Source of the DNA: Octopus sinensis
Taxonomy: Eukaryota
NCBI RefSeq assembly: GCF_006345805.1
Contig: NC_043004.1
Coordinates: forward strand, 37,014,001-37,078,000
Length of the DNA stretch: 64,000 bases
Direction of reading: 5' to 3'
Shown one piece after another: positions 27,117 through 39,798 of the stretch (position 1 is its first letter; every line of letters begins with the position of its first letter). The translations under genes were made by a program, and so were the position numbers. Under the pieces are notes generated by a model. That model did not search any database and had not been told where the DNA came from. It was given only the letters and a program-made list of their open reading frames with translations.

Positions 27117-27491
27117 GAGCAGAACCTCGCAGTACGAGTGCCCAGTTGTCCGAGTAATTTACTGTATGAGCCGAGACTCGTGCGAATTTTTGTCTTGAAG
27201 TATGAGCTAAAATCCGCAGTGCGAGCACATAAGTCTTTAAGATAATTCAGTTAAAAAAGCTGTTTACATATTTCTTTTACATTCTCTTTTTTATAATTGT
27301 CATTTTACTTGTAATTACACTTTTTCTGTTCTAAAACCCATAAAAAATATTTTTGAGTGGTTTTGTGGGGATGGAACGGATTAATTATATTTTAGTTAAT
27401 TTCAAAGGGGAAAATTGATTTGTAAAACGAGTAAATCGTAAGACGATCTCTGCCATGGAACGAATTAAACTCGTACTGCGAGGTATCATTG
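27117..27491. mobile_element. Tigger/pogo-like MITE with TA flanks
   Basis: ACCTCGCAGTACGAG (27124-27138) is the exact inverted complement of 27470-27484; TA at 27115-16 and 27492-93. Confidence 0.7.
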
Positions 27492-28048
27492 TATTCTTAA
27501 ATTAGTTATGGTGTATGTATTTCTCGATTATATTTTTGACTAGACAATACTTTAAGGAAAAGTATAAAACTGCTTGTTTTTACTTTTGTCTCTCTGCCAG
27601 GTACCAATTCTATGGTTCCCGTCAGTGACAGTAATGCAAGGCAGTAGTTTTCACAACCAAAAATGGTTGCACAATTCTAGTCTGAAACACATACACCTTA
27701 TTCTCTTAAAAGCCCTTAAGAGCAACAGAGATCAGACTTGTCAACTAAAAATAGATCTGAACGTTATGAAAATATTCTCTCTTTCTCACCTTTAAGTGTT
27801 AGATGTGGATAGAAAATGTTGGCAGAAAAAGAATACGGAAACTGGAAGAGATAAAGAATAACTTTCAAATATAATCTTTGACTTAGTTTTTGAAAATAAG
27901 AGGAAAAGATTAAAAGAATGGTATGAAGCACTCACATTTCTGCAAATCAAAAAAGAAAGAATTAAGAGAAACATTTGCAATTTATAGAAAAAAGTTTTAA
28001 TACAAACAGACACAAACACACACGCATATACATACAAGCATACACACA

Positions 28049-28180
<132 letters not shown>

Positions 28181-28211
28181 TTATTATTATATAGAAGGAG
28201 CTTCTACAGGA

Positions 28212-28247
28212 CTAGAACTGTTTCATTCAAGAGAAATCTTCAGGAAG
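28212..28247 (-). ncRNA. Decayed type I hammerhead motif
   Basis: cttc-CTGAAGA-TTTC tctt GAAT-GAAA-C AGTT C-TA; core present, helices I and III mismatched. Confidence 0.5.
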
Positions 28248-28479
28248 CTAGTTAACAAGAATTGGTATGGCATTTATAAATTTAGGCAGGTTTAAAGGGG
28301 TGTTGGTGGGGGACTTTTGGGGGGTAGGCAAGCGCAAATATCATACTTGGGGAGTGGTCAAGGAGTCAGTGTTAAATTAGATAGAAGAATAAATAAAAAA
28401 AATTAAAAAAATATATAAAAAATATATAAAAATATATATAAAAAAAGGGAATAGAGTTTAGGTAAATAAGGAGATTCTC

Positions 28480-29353
28480 ACTTATACCTATGCACATATG
28501 TATACATATATACACAACATACAAACATATATACATATACATACACACATACGTACACACACACATATATACATATATATACACTTACACATACATATAC
28601 ATATCTACACATACACATATATGTATACATACACACACTCACATGCATAACGTATACACACATGTATATATACACACACGACCACACATACATATACACA
28701 CAGAAAAATATATATACACATCACACACAATACTCACATACACGCATACACACACATATCCACACACACATATGCACACACAGCACACTAGTCCCTATAT
28801 ACACATATATACACATACACACATATACACACATACATATATAATACATATAAATATATAATATATATAATATATATTATATATATACATATGTGTACCT
28901 ATGCATACCTACACATACACACATATATATACACATACAAATACAGACCCATTCCCTAATTTTAATTTTATTATCTTCATTTATTACTTTTGTTATCTTT
29001 GATCGCTGGTCACAAACATCTTGGCTATGACAGCCAGTCCATTTTCTGTCTACTGGAAAACAAGCACTCATTTACTCACGCACACTCTTTAGCACGTACA
29101 CTCACTCATTCGCACACTCATACACATACACGCACGCACGCGTTATATTCATACATACATACATCTACATACATTCACGTATATACACATACGTACGCGT
29201 ACCTACAGATTCATGTCTACACTCTTAGAAGGCTAGTCTATACATATACACCAATAAATATAAATACACACACATACATATACACCTACATACAAATACA
29301 TACATGTATATATATATATACATATATATACATATTCACATATATATACATAC

Positions 29354-29398
<45 letters not shown>

Positions 29399-29639
29399 CA
29401 TACATATACATATATACATATATATATATATATACATATACACACACATACACATACATACATATACACACATACACATACATACGTATACATACATACA
29501 TACATCCATACATCCATACATACATACATTTATACACATACACACACCCACACGTATACATATACGTACATATATATACGCGCATGCATACACATACAAA
29601 TACATACACATACGCATATACATATACATACATACACAT

Positions 29640-29686
<47 letters not shown>

Positions 29687-30060
29687 CACACACATACATA
29701 TACATACATACATATACAAATATACGCACACACATACATACATACTCATATACACATACACGCACATACACATGTACATGCGTACCCATACACACACACA
29801 CACACACACACACGCGCATCCATATATACACATAAGTACACACAAGCGTAAAAGTATACATATATCTATGCTTACACATACACACACACACACGTGCCTC
29901 CTTATATTCATACTTACATGCATACTCAAAAAATAAGTAAATAGTAAAATATATATACGCGCAGTTATTCATACATGCATACTCAAAAAATAAATAATAA
30001 ATATTAAGTATATGTACGTGCAGTTACCTATTATATAGACGGATACATACATATAAACTT

Positions 30061-30115
<55 letters not shown>

Positions 30116-30326
30116 TACACACATATATACATATACATATATACACATATATATACACACACATATACACATATATATATATACATACTTACACACATGT
30201 ACAAATACATACACACATAGATAACTCTACGTACCTACATATACATAAACACACGAGCGTACACGTATATGTACATATACACATACACATACACACGCAT
30301 ATATATACATACATACACATACACAC

Positions 30327-30397
<71 letters not shown>

Positions 30398-30657
30398 ATA
30401 TACACACACATATACATGTGTGCAAACATACATACATACTCATACACGCACACACACTTACATATACATATATACACACACTTACACACATATATATACA
30501 TACACATATACATACACATATACATACATACATACATACATATATGCATACATACACACACACATATATATATATACATACATACACATACACATACCTA
30601 TACATATATATACACACATATATACACATGCACATACTTATATCTCTACATACTCGC

Positions 30658-30716
<59 letters not shown>

Positions 30717-30755
30717 TATGTAGAGATATAAGTATATATATATATATAATTATTT
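28480..30755. repeat. ~2.3 kb compound (AT)n/(AC)n/(ATAC)n low-complexity block with short unique islands
   Basis: Seen directly; source of the 200-280 aa spurious ORFs. Confidence 0.95.
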
Positions 30756-30835
30756 GAGGGAATATTAATCCTAACTTACAGGGAAAAAATTCAATTTAGA
30801 AATACTAAATCAAATTTCACACAATATAATATATA

Positions 30836-31090
30836 TATAAAAAATTAGAAAGAACCACCTTTTATTAATTCAAAATGAACAATTAAATCTAGAAAATTAC
30901 ATATAATAGAAATATTAAAATTAAAATAACAATAAAATACCAATGATTAAGTAAATAGCAAAAAATAACAAAAAAATAATAAAAACATTTTATTATTTTT
31001 TGCTATTTACTTAATCATTGGTATTTTCTAGATGGTGTAATTTAATTGTTCATTTTGAATTGATAAAAGGTGGTTCTTTCTAATTTTATA
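30836..31090. repeat. Nested AT-rich inverted repeat
   Basis: Perfect 35-bp arms at 30934-30968 and 30993-31027; 46-bp arms with 1 mismatch at 30843-30888 and 31040-31085. Confidence 0.9.
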
Positions 31091-31433
31091 CATATATATA
31101 TATATATTGATGTATTTCGGGATGGTCTTTCTTTTCTGGCCAAATAAACATGCGCTATATATTTTTTCTTAACTCGTTTATTACTGTTCTTATTTTATTA
31201 TTTTAACTCATGTCCATTGTCTGGAAATTCTTCGTCACACATCTGTGACCGCTTCAGCGACACAATCGTTTTCGTGTGTGTTCTTGCTCCACTTACTCCA
31301 CTCCGTTCTTCTAAAATGTGTATCCTTATGTGCGCATATGTTTGTTTTGTGTCCCTGTTTGTGTGTGTGCGCGTTTTAACTCGTTTATTTACCTATTTCA
31401 TGTTATTTTCATCGTTGGTGACGTCCTTTACCC

Positions 31434-31464
<31 letters not shown>

Positions 31465-31718
31465 ACAGTATTGTGTTGCATGGAAGGTGTCATAAGAAGT
31501 GCAATTCAGGTCAAGAATTACAAGGGCAAACAGGTATACTCAACCGTCTATGGATTAGGAAGTGTTTAACAAGGTGCCTCAGTCACAGGGGTTATTTACT
31601 TTATGTTTGTTTTGAGTGGGTTTAACGCCATAATAGATATCGAATTAAAGCTTAGTAAATATATATACAGTATATTGGCAATGTTAATAAGAGAAGTAAT
31701 TCATGCATATATATATAC

Positions 31719-31766
<48 letters not shown>

Positions 31767-31771
31767 ATATA

Positions 31772-32408
31772 GTGACGTATATTTGCCATCTCAATATGGC
31801 TACCCCTAAGGGTGGATGCTACTGTAGTTTTTAGCCCCAGGAGGACACATTCCTCCAGCTGGCCATAGACACACTTTCTGTGTCCTGTCAGTATTTGCAA
31901 AGGGAAGTCATCCTTCCCGTCTTCAACTTATGATACACACGGACTCGAGTTTCGAGGTATTGACATCTCGTCAGCGTGTGACAATCATAGTTGTCGGCGA
32001 GAATTAGATTTCCTTCACAAATACTTATACTTTTTCCAGCGTCCACTGTCGCTGATATTGAAAAAGTGAAATCAAACAATGATAAATATCAGAGTGAGTT
32101 ATATACAGTAGCGGTAACACATCGTGACGTATATTTGCCATCTCAATATGGCTACCCCTAAGGGTGGATGCTACTGTAGTTTTTAGCCCCAGGAGGACAC
32201 ATTCCCCCAGCTGAAGACGGGAAGGATGACTTCCCTTTGCAAATACTGACAGGACACAGAAAGTGTGTCTATGGCCAGCTGGAGGAATGTGTCCTCCTGG
32301 GGCTAAAAACTACAGTAGCATCCACCCTTAGGGGTAGCCATATTGAGATAGCAAATATACGTCACGATGTGTTACCGCTACTGTATATAACTCACTCTGA
32401 TATTTATC

Positions 32409-32411
<3 letters not shown>
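31772..32411 (-). mobile_element. Retrozyme-like/PLE-derived element: 352-bp unit in partial tandem plus head-to-head inverted copy
   Basis: The block at 31772 recurs at 32124 (period 352); 136-bp inverted arms at 32078-32213 and 32276-32411 with 2 mismatches; the loop is the reverse complement of 31862-31923; HHR in the spacer. Confidence 0.7.
31936..31980 (-). ncRNA. Complete minimal type I hammerhead ribozyme
   Basis: CACACG-CTGACGA-GATGT caat ACCTC-GAAA-C TCGA G-TC-CGTGTG; perfect 6-bp helix I, helix II with one mismatch, palindromic helix III ACUCGAGU, canonical GUC site. Confidence 0.85.
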
Positions 32412-32460
<49 letters not shown>

Positions 32461-32462
<2 letters not shown>

Positions 32463-32631
32463 CGCAGGAGTGGCTGTGTGGTAAGTAGCTTGCTAACCAA
32501 CCACATGGTTCCGGGTTCAGTCCCACTGCGTGGCATCTTGGGCAAGTGTCTTCTGCTATAGCCCCGGGCCGACCAATGCCTTGTGAGTGGATTTGGTAGA
32601 CGGAAACTGAAAGAAGCCTGTCGTATATATG

Positions 32632-32666
<35 letters not shown>

Positions 32667-32878
32667 TTGTGTGTCTGTGTTTGTCCCCCTAGCATTGCCT
32701 GACAACCGATGCTGGTGTGTTTACGTCACTGTCACTTAGCGGGTCGGCAAAAGAGACCGATAGAATAAGTACTGGGCTTACAAAGAATAAGTCCCGGGGT
32801 CGATTTGCTCGACTGAAGGCGGTGCTCCAGCATGGCCGTAGTCAAATGACTGAAACAAGTAAAAGAGTAAAAGAGTAA
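32461..32878 (+). mobile_element. SINE family B, apparently full length and young
   Basis: GGCGCAGGAGTGGCTGTGTGG (A-box-like), GGTTCAGTCCC (B-box-like), internal (AT)n(GT)n, GTAAAAGA tail. Confidence 0.92.
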
Positions 32879-33223
32879 ATATATATATATATTACGACTG
32901 CTGTGCACTTCTGGATTCCATATACTATAACAGTTTACAAAACAATCTACTTTTATTCAGAAATCGTTAACTACTATTATTACCTCTGGGCTACATAATA
33001 CAGATAATTATTTATCTGTGCACCTGTCAGTAAAAACGAAAGAATCTAGTCTTTTTATTCGCAAAATAAAACACACACACCCTTTAATTTCGCTCAGATT
33101 GCTTTTAGTTTTGGTGTATCGATGCAACTCTGAATTTTGGTTACGATCAACTGATTGCTTTATTTCGTAAATTAAAGAACCTGGTGTTATTTGAAATTAA
33201 AGTTGGGAAATATGGGTAATTTT

Positions 33224-33255
33224 AGCCAATCAATAGACAGCGTTACCATGACAAC
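33224..33255 (+). promoter_or_regulatory. NF-Y CCAAT box next to an RFX X-box-like motif
   Basis: AGCCAATCA (33224-32) and GTTACCATGACAAC (33242-55; 13/14 match to the palindromic GTTRCCATGGYAAC consensus) in unique sequence. Confidence 0.5.
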
Positions 33256-34112
33256 CGCACGCTGTGTTGTGGTTCACCTCACTGTTGTCTGTACCACACG
33301 TTGTTCTATGTTGATTTTTCACATTTAATTCTTCACATCACGAAATTCTTTTCACCCACATACTTTGTTTTAATTTTTCTGTGTGTGTTAAATATTTTTC
33401 TGTGCTGCTGTGTGTTAGTATTTTTAGATATTTTCAATTCATATATTTTTCATATATATTCATTTAATTTAAATATATTAATTAATTCATTAATTCAGAT
33501 AGCTGGATTTATGATTTCACTAGGTTAATTCTGTTCAAAAAAAATTTAACTAGGAATATTTCTTAAACCGTTAGCTTCACATTTCAACAGCTTAACTGAG
33601 ATTTAGCAACGTAACAGGATCTGGGGGGGGGGGGGATATCGTAAAACAGAAAAACTTTGGGTGAACAGATTAATTTGACATTGTTTTAGAATTCTGCATG
33701 CAAAAACATATAAGATATAAGTATTCTTCCCCTTTGGACAAATTCTTTGTTGACCAGTGTTATTCTTATCGTAGTTTACAAGTCTAAGCATGTCTCCAAA
33801 CTTTATATAAATTATATAGATTATTTCAATAAAAGAAAATTAATTGGCGCAGTCGACAAAGTTGAATAAAAATAGTAGCAAAAGCTATATTTCGTCTCGC
33901 TGCCGTTACTACCGCTGGGGATTTTTTGCTTTTGCTCTAAATGCTTCAAGCATTCAAGTCTGGTAAGGCTAGTAGCATACGTAGGTTTAAGAACACCAAG
34001 TGTCCCACTTCTTCAGATGACTAATACAACAACAGAAAGGGTCTACAGAAACTTCTTCCATACATCGACTTCGTTTATCTACTTTTCCCCTTCAAGCGAA
34101 ATCACCCAGCAC

Positions 34113-34157
34113 GCTGCTGCTGCTGCCGCCGCCGCTGCCGCCGCCGCCGCCGCTGCT
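34113..34157 (+). repeat. (GCT/GCC)15 trinucleotide tract
   Basis: GC-rich island that reads poly-Ala on both strands. Confidence 0.9.
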
Positions 34158-34930
34158 AGGTCTTTACTACTGTGTCTGCTAAACATATTCTAAATATAAA
34201 CTTAACATCCTAGTTTCGTTGACAATCATTTTTTCTTTCTGTCTTTCACTAAAACGATATCGTGTGTTGTACTCTCACTTCTACTTTAGGCACAAAACCA
34301 TGTTTTTGTTACATCTAAAGAAATGTTTACAGTTCTTGAAGTTTAGTTTGAAACAAATTTATTTCCGTCAGTTATTGAAATGGTTTACTTTCTTTAACAT
34401 CGCAACAACAATGGCAAACATTATTTACATTTCAGTTTTCAAATAAAACTGTTAGAGTTAATTTTGTTCAGTATTTAGAGCAACAAATTTCCACAGGGTG
34501 CATCATAATTAGTCTTTGCGAGGTAAAGTGCTCAACCAATGCTCATGTGAACAGCATTATTTAGTCCCACGATGAAAGAATACAAAAGGCATAAACTGAA
34601 GAATTACTCAATACAATTATACAGTTTATATATATATATATGTATACACACATGCATACATGTATGTGCGCATGTATGTATCGTAGTAAATTGCCAGACG
34701 CTGTCCTCGTGAGTTCTTCTTTATCATAAGCATGGGTCTGTCAAAGGCTTCTGACTGAAATTTGGTTCGTCTCATTTTATACGGTGATCAACTTTTCTTT
34801 TGCTTTCTTCAGGGATAGATAAGAACAAGACATATTATAGGTCTTATTATATGTAGCTCATAAAGATCTTGACTTCACTCTTACTTCTATCTATCTCTCT
34901 CTTTCTTTCTCTTTCTTTCTCTTTCTCCCC

Positions 34931-35000
<70 letters not shown>

Positions 35001-36504
35001 GACAACGATCTCGTCGTTTCTAACTTCATATTTGTATAGAATTACCATCGTAACCTGTGTCGTCTCGTCTCCTAGCCCCCGCCTGCATTATCCATTTCCC
35101 CCCTCAGAGCACCAACCCACGTTGATTTCTTTCCTGCCCACGATTCTTTCTGGAGTCTTCGACTGAGTTAGTTTCATGCGGAGCAAACAATTGACTCGAA
35201 CTCTACATCTATCGGCAACAAGATATCAATGGCCAGTTTTCTCATGCTACGTTTAACTACATCGTTCTATCTCAATCGAAATCTACTCAGATATTTGGCA
35301 CCTCTAAACAATTAGAAAAAAAAATTGGCAATCAGGTTTTCGCCATTATTTGGACATGACTAACACAGCGGCGTCACTGCACCTGTATCTCTTCTGTAGA
35401 AGACGGCTTGGAATTCTATAGGATAGAAATATACCTGACTTTATCTTTTCCTGTGATATTTGTAATTTGTTTCAGATCTCTCATCATAAATAATATATTT
35501 TACCCGTTTGTGTCATACAGTCGAAACCTACAACCCGAATAAAAGGAAGGAATGATACCATTGTTGGATATATTTGCTCTGGTGCTGACTTATTTCCACA
35601 TTAATGCTTTCAAGCTTCCATATGCCAAAATGACTTGATTCACCCCGTGTTCTACATCAGTGAAACTAGCAATATCTATCAGGACAACATTGAATATATC
35701 GTCCTGATAGATAAATTTTCTTACCTTTATTAGCGCCTGACTCTCGATAATATGGCTGCTGTAGGAGGTTTGAGTTGCCACGGGGAATGAACCCAATATT
35801 TAGAAAGGGAGATAAGGATGAATTAGAGAACAATCGAAGAAGTTTTCTTCTTCGCTAGAGACGAGAAAATCCTGAGCTAGCTTAGAAAATCATAACGGTT
35901 AGCAGATGAATTTAAGTGTTGATTCAAAAAAGAAAGAAGCAGCATGGATAGGGCATTCGCACAGATTCATGAGAAATACGTGAACCAAAAATTAGATATT
36001 ATCTTCGCTGAGTTCGATTCCGTAAGACAGTCGGGTTTACCGTACATGCTCCGACGGATCAGGTGACTGGAGAAGATCAAACGTGTAACCGAGTGGTTAC
36101 ACACTAGCTTGAGGGCTGAAATATGACGTGGACCCCACCTTATACAGTTTGACATACAGTAGGGAGAGAGAGTCGAGCTGATGCCTGTAAGTAGTGCTTG
36201 AGGGTGCATTCAATCGATCTTGAGTTGTGTACATACAAACAACACATGATGTTAATCTGTTGAAGATCATGCACAAGAGGTGCACTTGGATATATGCATA
36301 TACATACATATATACATATATATATATGCATATATATATGCATGCATATAAATGTATGTATATATGTGGGGGTGAGCATATATGTATGTGTGAGTCTGTG
36401 TGTGTGTGATCAAACACACTTCAAAGAGGCTGGTATTGATCTATGTCGGCAAGACGTTGTAAAATCGACAAAAACACTACAGTTAAATTTCCACGATTGG
36501 AAAA

Positions 36505-36537
36505 TTCAACGTTTCGGACAGTGTCCTCCTTCAGCGA
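36505..36537 (-). ncRNA. Decayed type I hammerhead motif
   Basis: CTGAAGG-A-GGAC act GTCC-GAAA-CG-TT; A9 changed to G. Confidence 0.5.
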
Positions 36538-37639
36538 AAATTTGAAAAAAATGAAATTAATTAGAGACATCAGAGTTATTCATCCCCCAAGTTATGCGTA
36601 TATTTCAGCATTCCTCCCTGAAGATCAGCTTCAATGGGGAATTTTGAAGGATTTTTTTTCACAATAATCATTAAATCACAATTCATTCAGAATATTTGTA
36701 AATCGTAAAAAGTCTTGTGAATTTTACATAAACCCTATCGTATAACTGTGAAATAAAAGATGTTCTTCCTTTGTCGGATAGCCGTATCGTATTTCAGTTG
36801 TTTTGATTTTTATCCAAATATTTTCAGTCTTGTCAATCAATCAATCAATTATAGAATTCGTGCTAAAATATTTTTCAAAATGCTGTTTTCCTGTCATTTG
36901 ATTCTATTTTAACATATTTTAAGCTCTTCATTAAAGTGCTAAGCAAACGTCGTAAATAATGTTACTGACATTTCTATCTCAGTCATCAAGTCAATCAGAA
37001 TGGTAGATCATTAGCACCATCTTCCCTACAAACAGAATAATCAGCGCAACGATCTGCACCTTCCCATAATAATCATAGTAATTAATCGCAACTCCCATCA
37101 CTCCTATCATCGCCGCCATTAACTATGATATACGGTTGATATTCGACAGATAGCCAAGTCAATAAATGATAGATGATTAAATAATTTAACGTATTGAGTT
37201 CATCATTTCTCATTTCTGTGCGGTCCCTAAGCACTCGGAGTACTTTTCAATGAAGTCTTCGCCTAACAGAAATTGGATTGTGTGTTTTAAAGCAATTTTA
37301 TTAGTAGTGGAGCAGTGATACTTGTGATGTGGCTGAAGCGACAGAAACAGCGGAGCGCAAAGATTTGCGGGATTTAGGAACGCATACACGCACGCGTGCA
37401 CACACACACATACACACAAACAAACGCACTCACACAGATACATGCACGCACACACACACATACACAATCGTATATATATATATATATATATATAAACTGT
37501 ACTTGGAGAAGAAGAAACGAAACGAAACGAATCGAATCGACGCGAGGGCGCTCAGTCATACAATAGTGTAATAAATAAAATATATGCATACATACATACA
37601 TATATGTACGTACCTACATCTACATGTATATATACATGC

Positions 37640-37875
37640 ATATATAAATATATATACGTGAGTACAGGACACCACAAATAGACGTAGAACTCAACGAGAA
37701 ACGAAAACGTAAAAACAAGCATGGAACGGACCTTTTTTTAACAACGAAAAGACAGAGTACAAGACGAACAACACAAGGAAAAATCCCCTTCATCAGCTGT
37801 CCCTAGTTCAACTCCAGCGTGTTTCGAAGATATGACCGGTTTCATTCGAAGTACATAAAGCCATCAATAGCGTGA
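37640..37875 (-). mobile_element. Short element carrying hammerhead fragments
   Basis: Minus strand has GAAACCGGTC, CGAAACACGC and CTGATGAAGGGG but no canonical complete fold. Confidence 0.35.
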
Positions 37876-38064
37876 AAATATTGGGTTAAAAATACATTTT
37901 GCAATGAACAGGTCGAAAGTCGGCCGTGGGACACAAGCAGTATGTATGGATGTGTGTCTGTGTTTATATACACAGTCAAGGTCATAGGTATCAATATAAC
38001 AATGGAGACCACCAACAATGACGTACAACTGACTTTCTATTATCGAACTAATTAATTCTCTTCT

Positions 38065-38407
38065 ATGACCAAAGACTGCGTCTACTCCATCCATGCAGCT
38101 GTGGTAGGCTATACAAAGGCGAAACATGTTGGCCCTTCAAAATAAGTGTAGACGAACATCGCAAAGTTGTGACATGAGGAGATATTGATAAACTGAGTAT
38201 AGCTATCATGTATGGAAAAATGGAGACCACCTCCCCCTGTGAGATGAAGTTAAATTAATAGACAGAGACTACTACTGGAAAAAACGAATACTAAAAGAAG
38301 CAGCACATATGCTAGGACACAACAACCTCCTAAGCAGACCGAGTGCAGATATAAACAGCATATGGGAACTGGTATTAAGGAAGGATAGGAGAATATTAGA
38401 TTCGTAA
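38065..38407 (+). mobile_element. Penelope-like GIY-YIG endonuclease 3' remnant
   Basis: With frameshifts/stops: MTKDCVYSI-CSCGRLYKGETCWPFKISVDEHRK...HVWKNGDHLPL*DEVKLIDRDYYWKKRILKEAAHML...SRPSADINSIWE. Confidence 0.8.
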
Positions 38408-38436
38408 GCCCTAAAATTCACTCCATATTTGCCTAC

Positions 38437-38648
38437 GGGCATATGGCATAGTGGTTACGAACGTGGGCTGCTAACCCCAAGATTCTGAGTTCGATTCCAA
38501 GCAACAACAATCGAAAAATACCTTAGGCACCTGTTGAAGGCTGGAGGGTATATCAGCCGAAACGTTGTGTTCACAACAAACAAGATGAGAACAAATATCC
38601 GTCAAATGTAAACAATGTACATAAATCCTCATCTCTTAAATATAGAAC
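38437..38648 (+). mobile_element. tRNA-headed short element containing a hammerhead motif (38526-38571)
   Basis: A box TGGCATAGTGG, anticodon-like loop CT-GCT-AA, B box GAGTTCGATTCC, then GGCAC-CTGTTGA-A-GGCTG..CAGCC-GAAA-CG-TT-GTGTT. Confidence 0.7.
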
Positions 38649-39611
38649 AATATATCAACTAATTTTGGCTCTTCTCTCTCAGTCACTATACATTGATTTG
38701 TTTTGTGCTTTTAATATTGAATAGTCTGCTGTAGTTGCTCATAGTTACAACCGATTGCTAGTGAGAGAACATCAGTTGACATCTTGTCCTCCATTCTATC
38801 GATTCAGTCATTAACGACTCTTCAATATTCTGGTCAAATTGAAAAAGAAAAAAAAATACATAGAATAAAATTTTTTTAGATAATCTTCCTTGTCTCTGAA
38901 ATGTTAAGGCATAACATCGGTATGAAAATGTCAGTGTCTACTTAACTAACACACCATCACATCTCGTCTACATTTTCCAACTTGTCACTACTTTCTAGAG
39001 TTGTCATTGTTGATGTTTTTCAAAACTGCTAAACACCCAGTTGGCTGTGTATCATAATAAACCAACAAATGTCACCAAACAGGATTAAGTGTGCTTCGTA
39101 CAAACAACGTTCTAAGCAGTAATGGAGAGGCAATTTTTCTTCTTGTTGAAACTATTTTTTTTAATTGCAGTCACATTTACCGACATATAATTGATATAGG
39201 AATGGAATTTACACTCATAAAACGACACACATGCAAGCACGCATCCACAAAACAGTTTTAAATAATGATAATAATGATGATGTCTTTTATTTGCCACAGG
39301 GACATCAGATAAGAGAATATAACAATGACAGTTTATAATGTGTGCAGATTTACATGAAAAGATGAGGGGGGAAGGTAGAGGAGGAAGAATTGCAATAAAA
39401 AAATTATCGTTTGCAAAATGTGTGCGGACTTGCATGATGCCATCCTACTGATAGAGGAGAGTCTCCAACTTGGTCCGGTCACGATCACGCAGATCGCCAA
39501 GGTACAAGCCTTCACCCAACTGTTGTTGTCCAATCTATAGGTTCAAACTCGGGGTAGCTCCATTTACCCTAACCATTTCTGCCACAACCTTCCAACTTCT
39601 GAGAGGTTATA

Positions 39612-39798
39612 AAGACGAGACGTTTTTTAGTGGAAGAGATACCATTGAACCCAGTACTCGACTGGTACTTTATTTTATCGACCCCAAAAGGGATGAAAGG
39701 CACACTTAATCTCGGTGAGATTTGAACTCAGAAACCTGGAGAGCCAAAACAAATTCCACAAAGCATTTTTTCGGTGCTCTAACGATTCTTCCAGTTTC
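39612..39798 (-). mobile_element. SINE family A, diverged
   Basis: CTGGTACTTTATTTTATCGACCCCAAAAGGGATGAAAGGC. Confidence 0.8.

Noticed and set aside
32019-32066. Apparent 21-nt minus-strand microexon (DSGRWK) with a good acceptor
   Set aside because: It lies inside the retrozyme-like repeat unit, so it is most likely a chance splice-like signal.
39440-39600. Possible LINE 3' end on the minus strand (GLYLGDLRDRDRTKL)
   Set aside because: Too short and too weak to assign.
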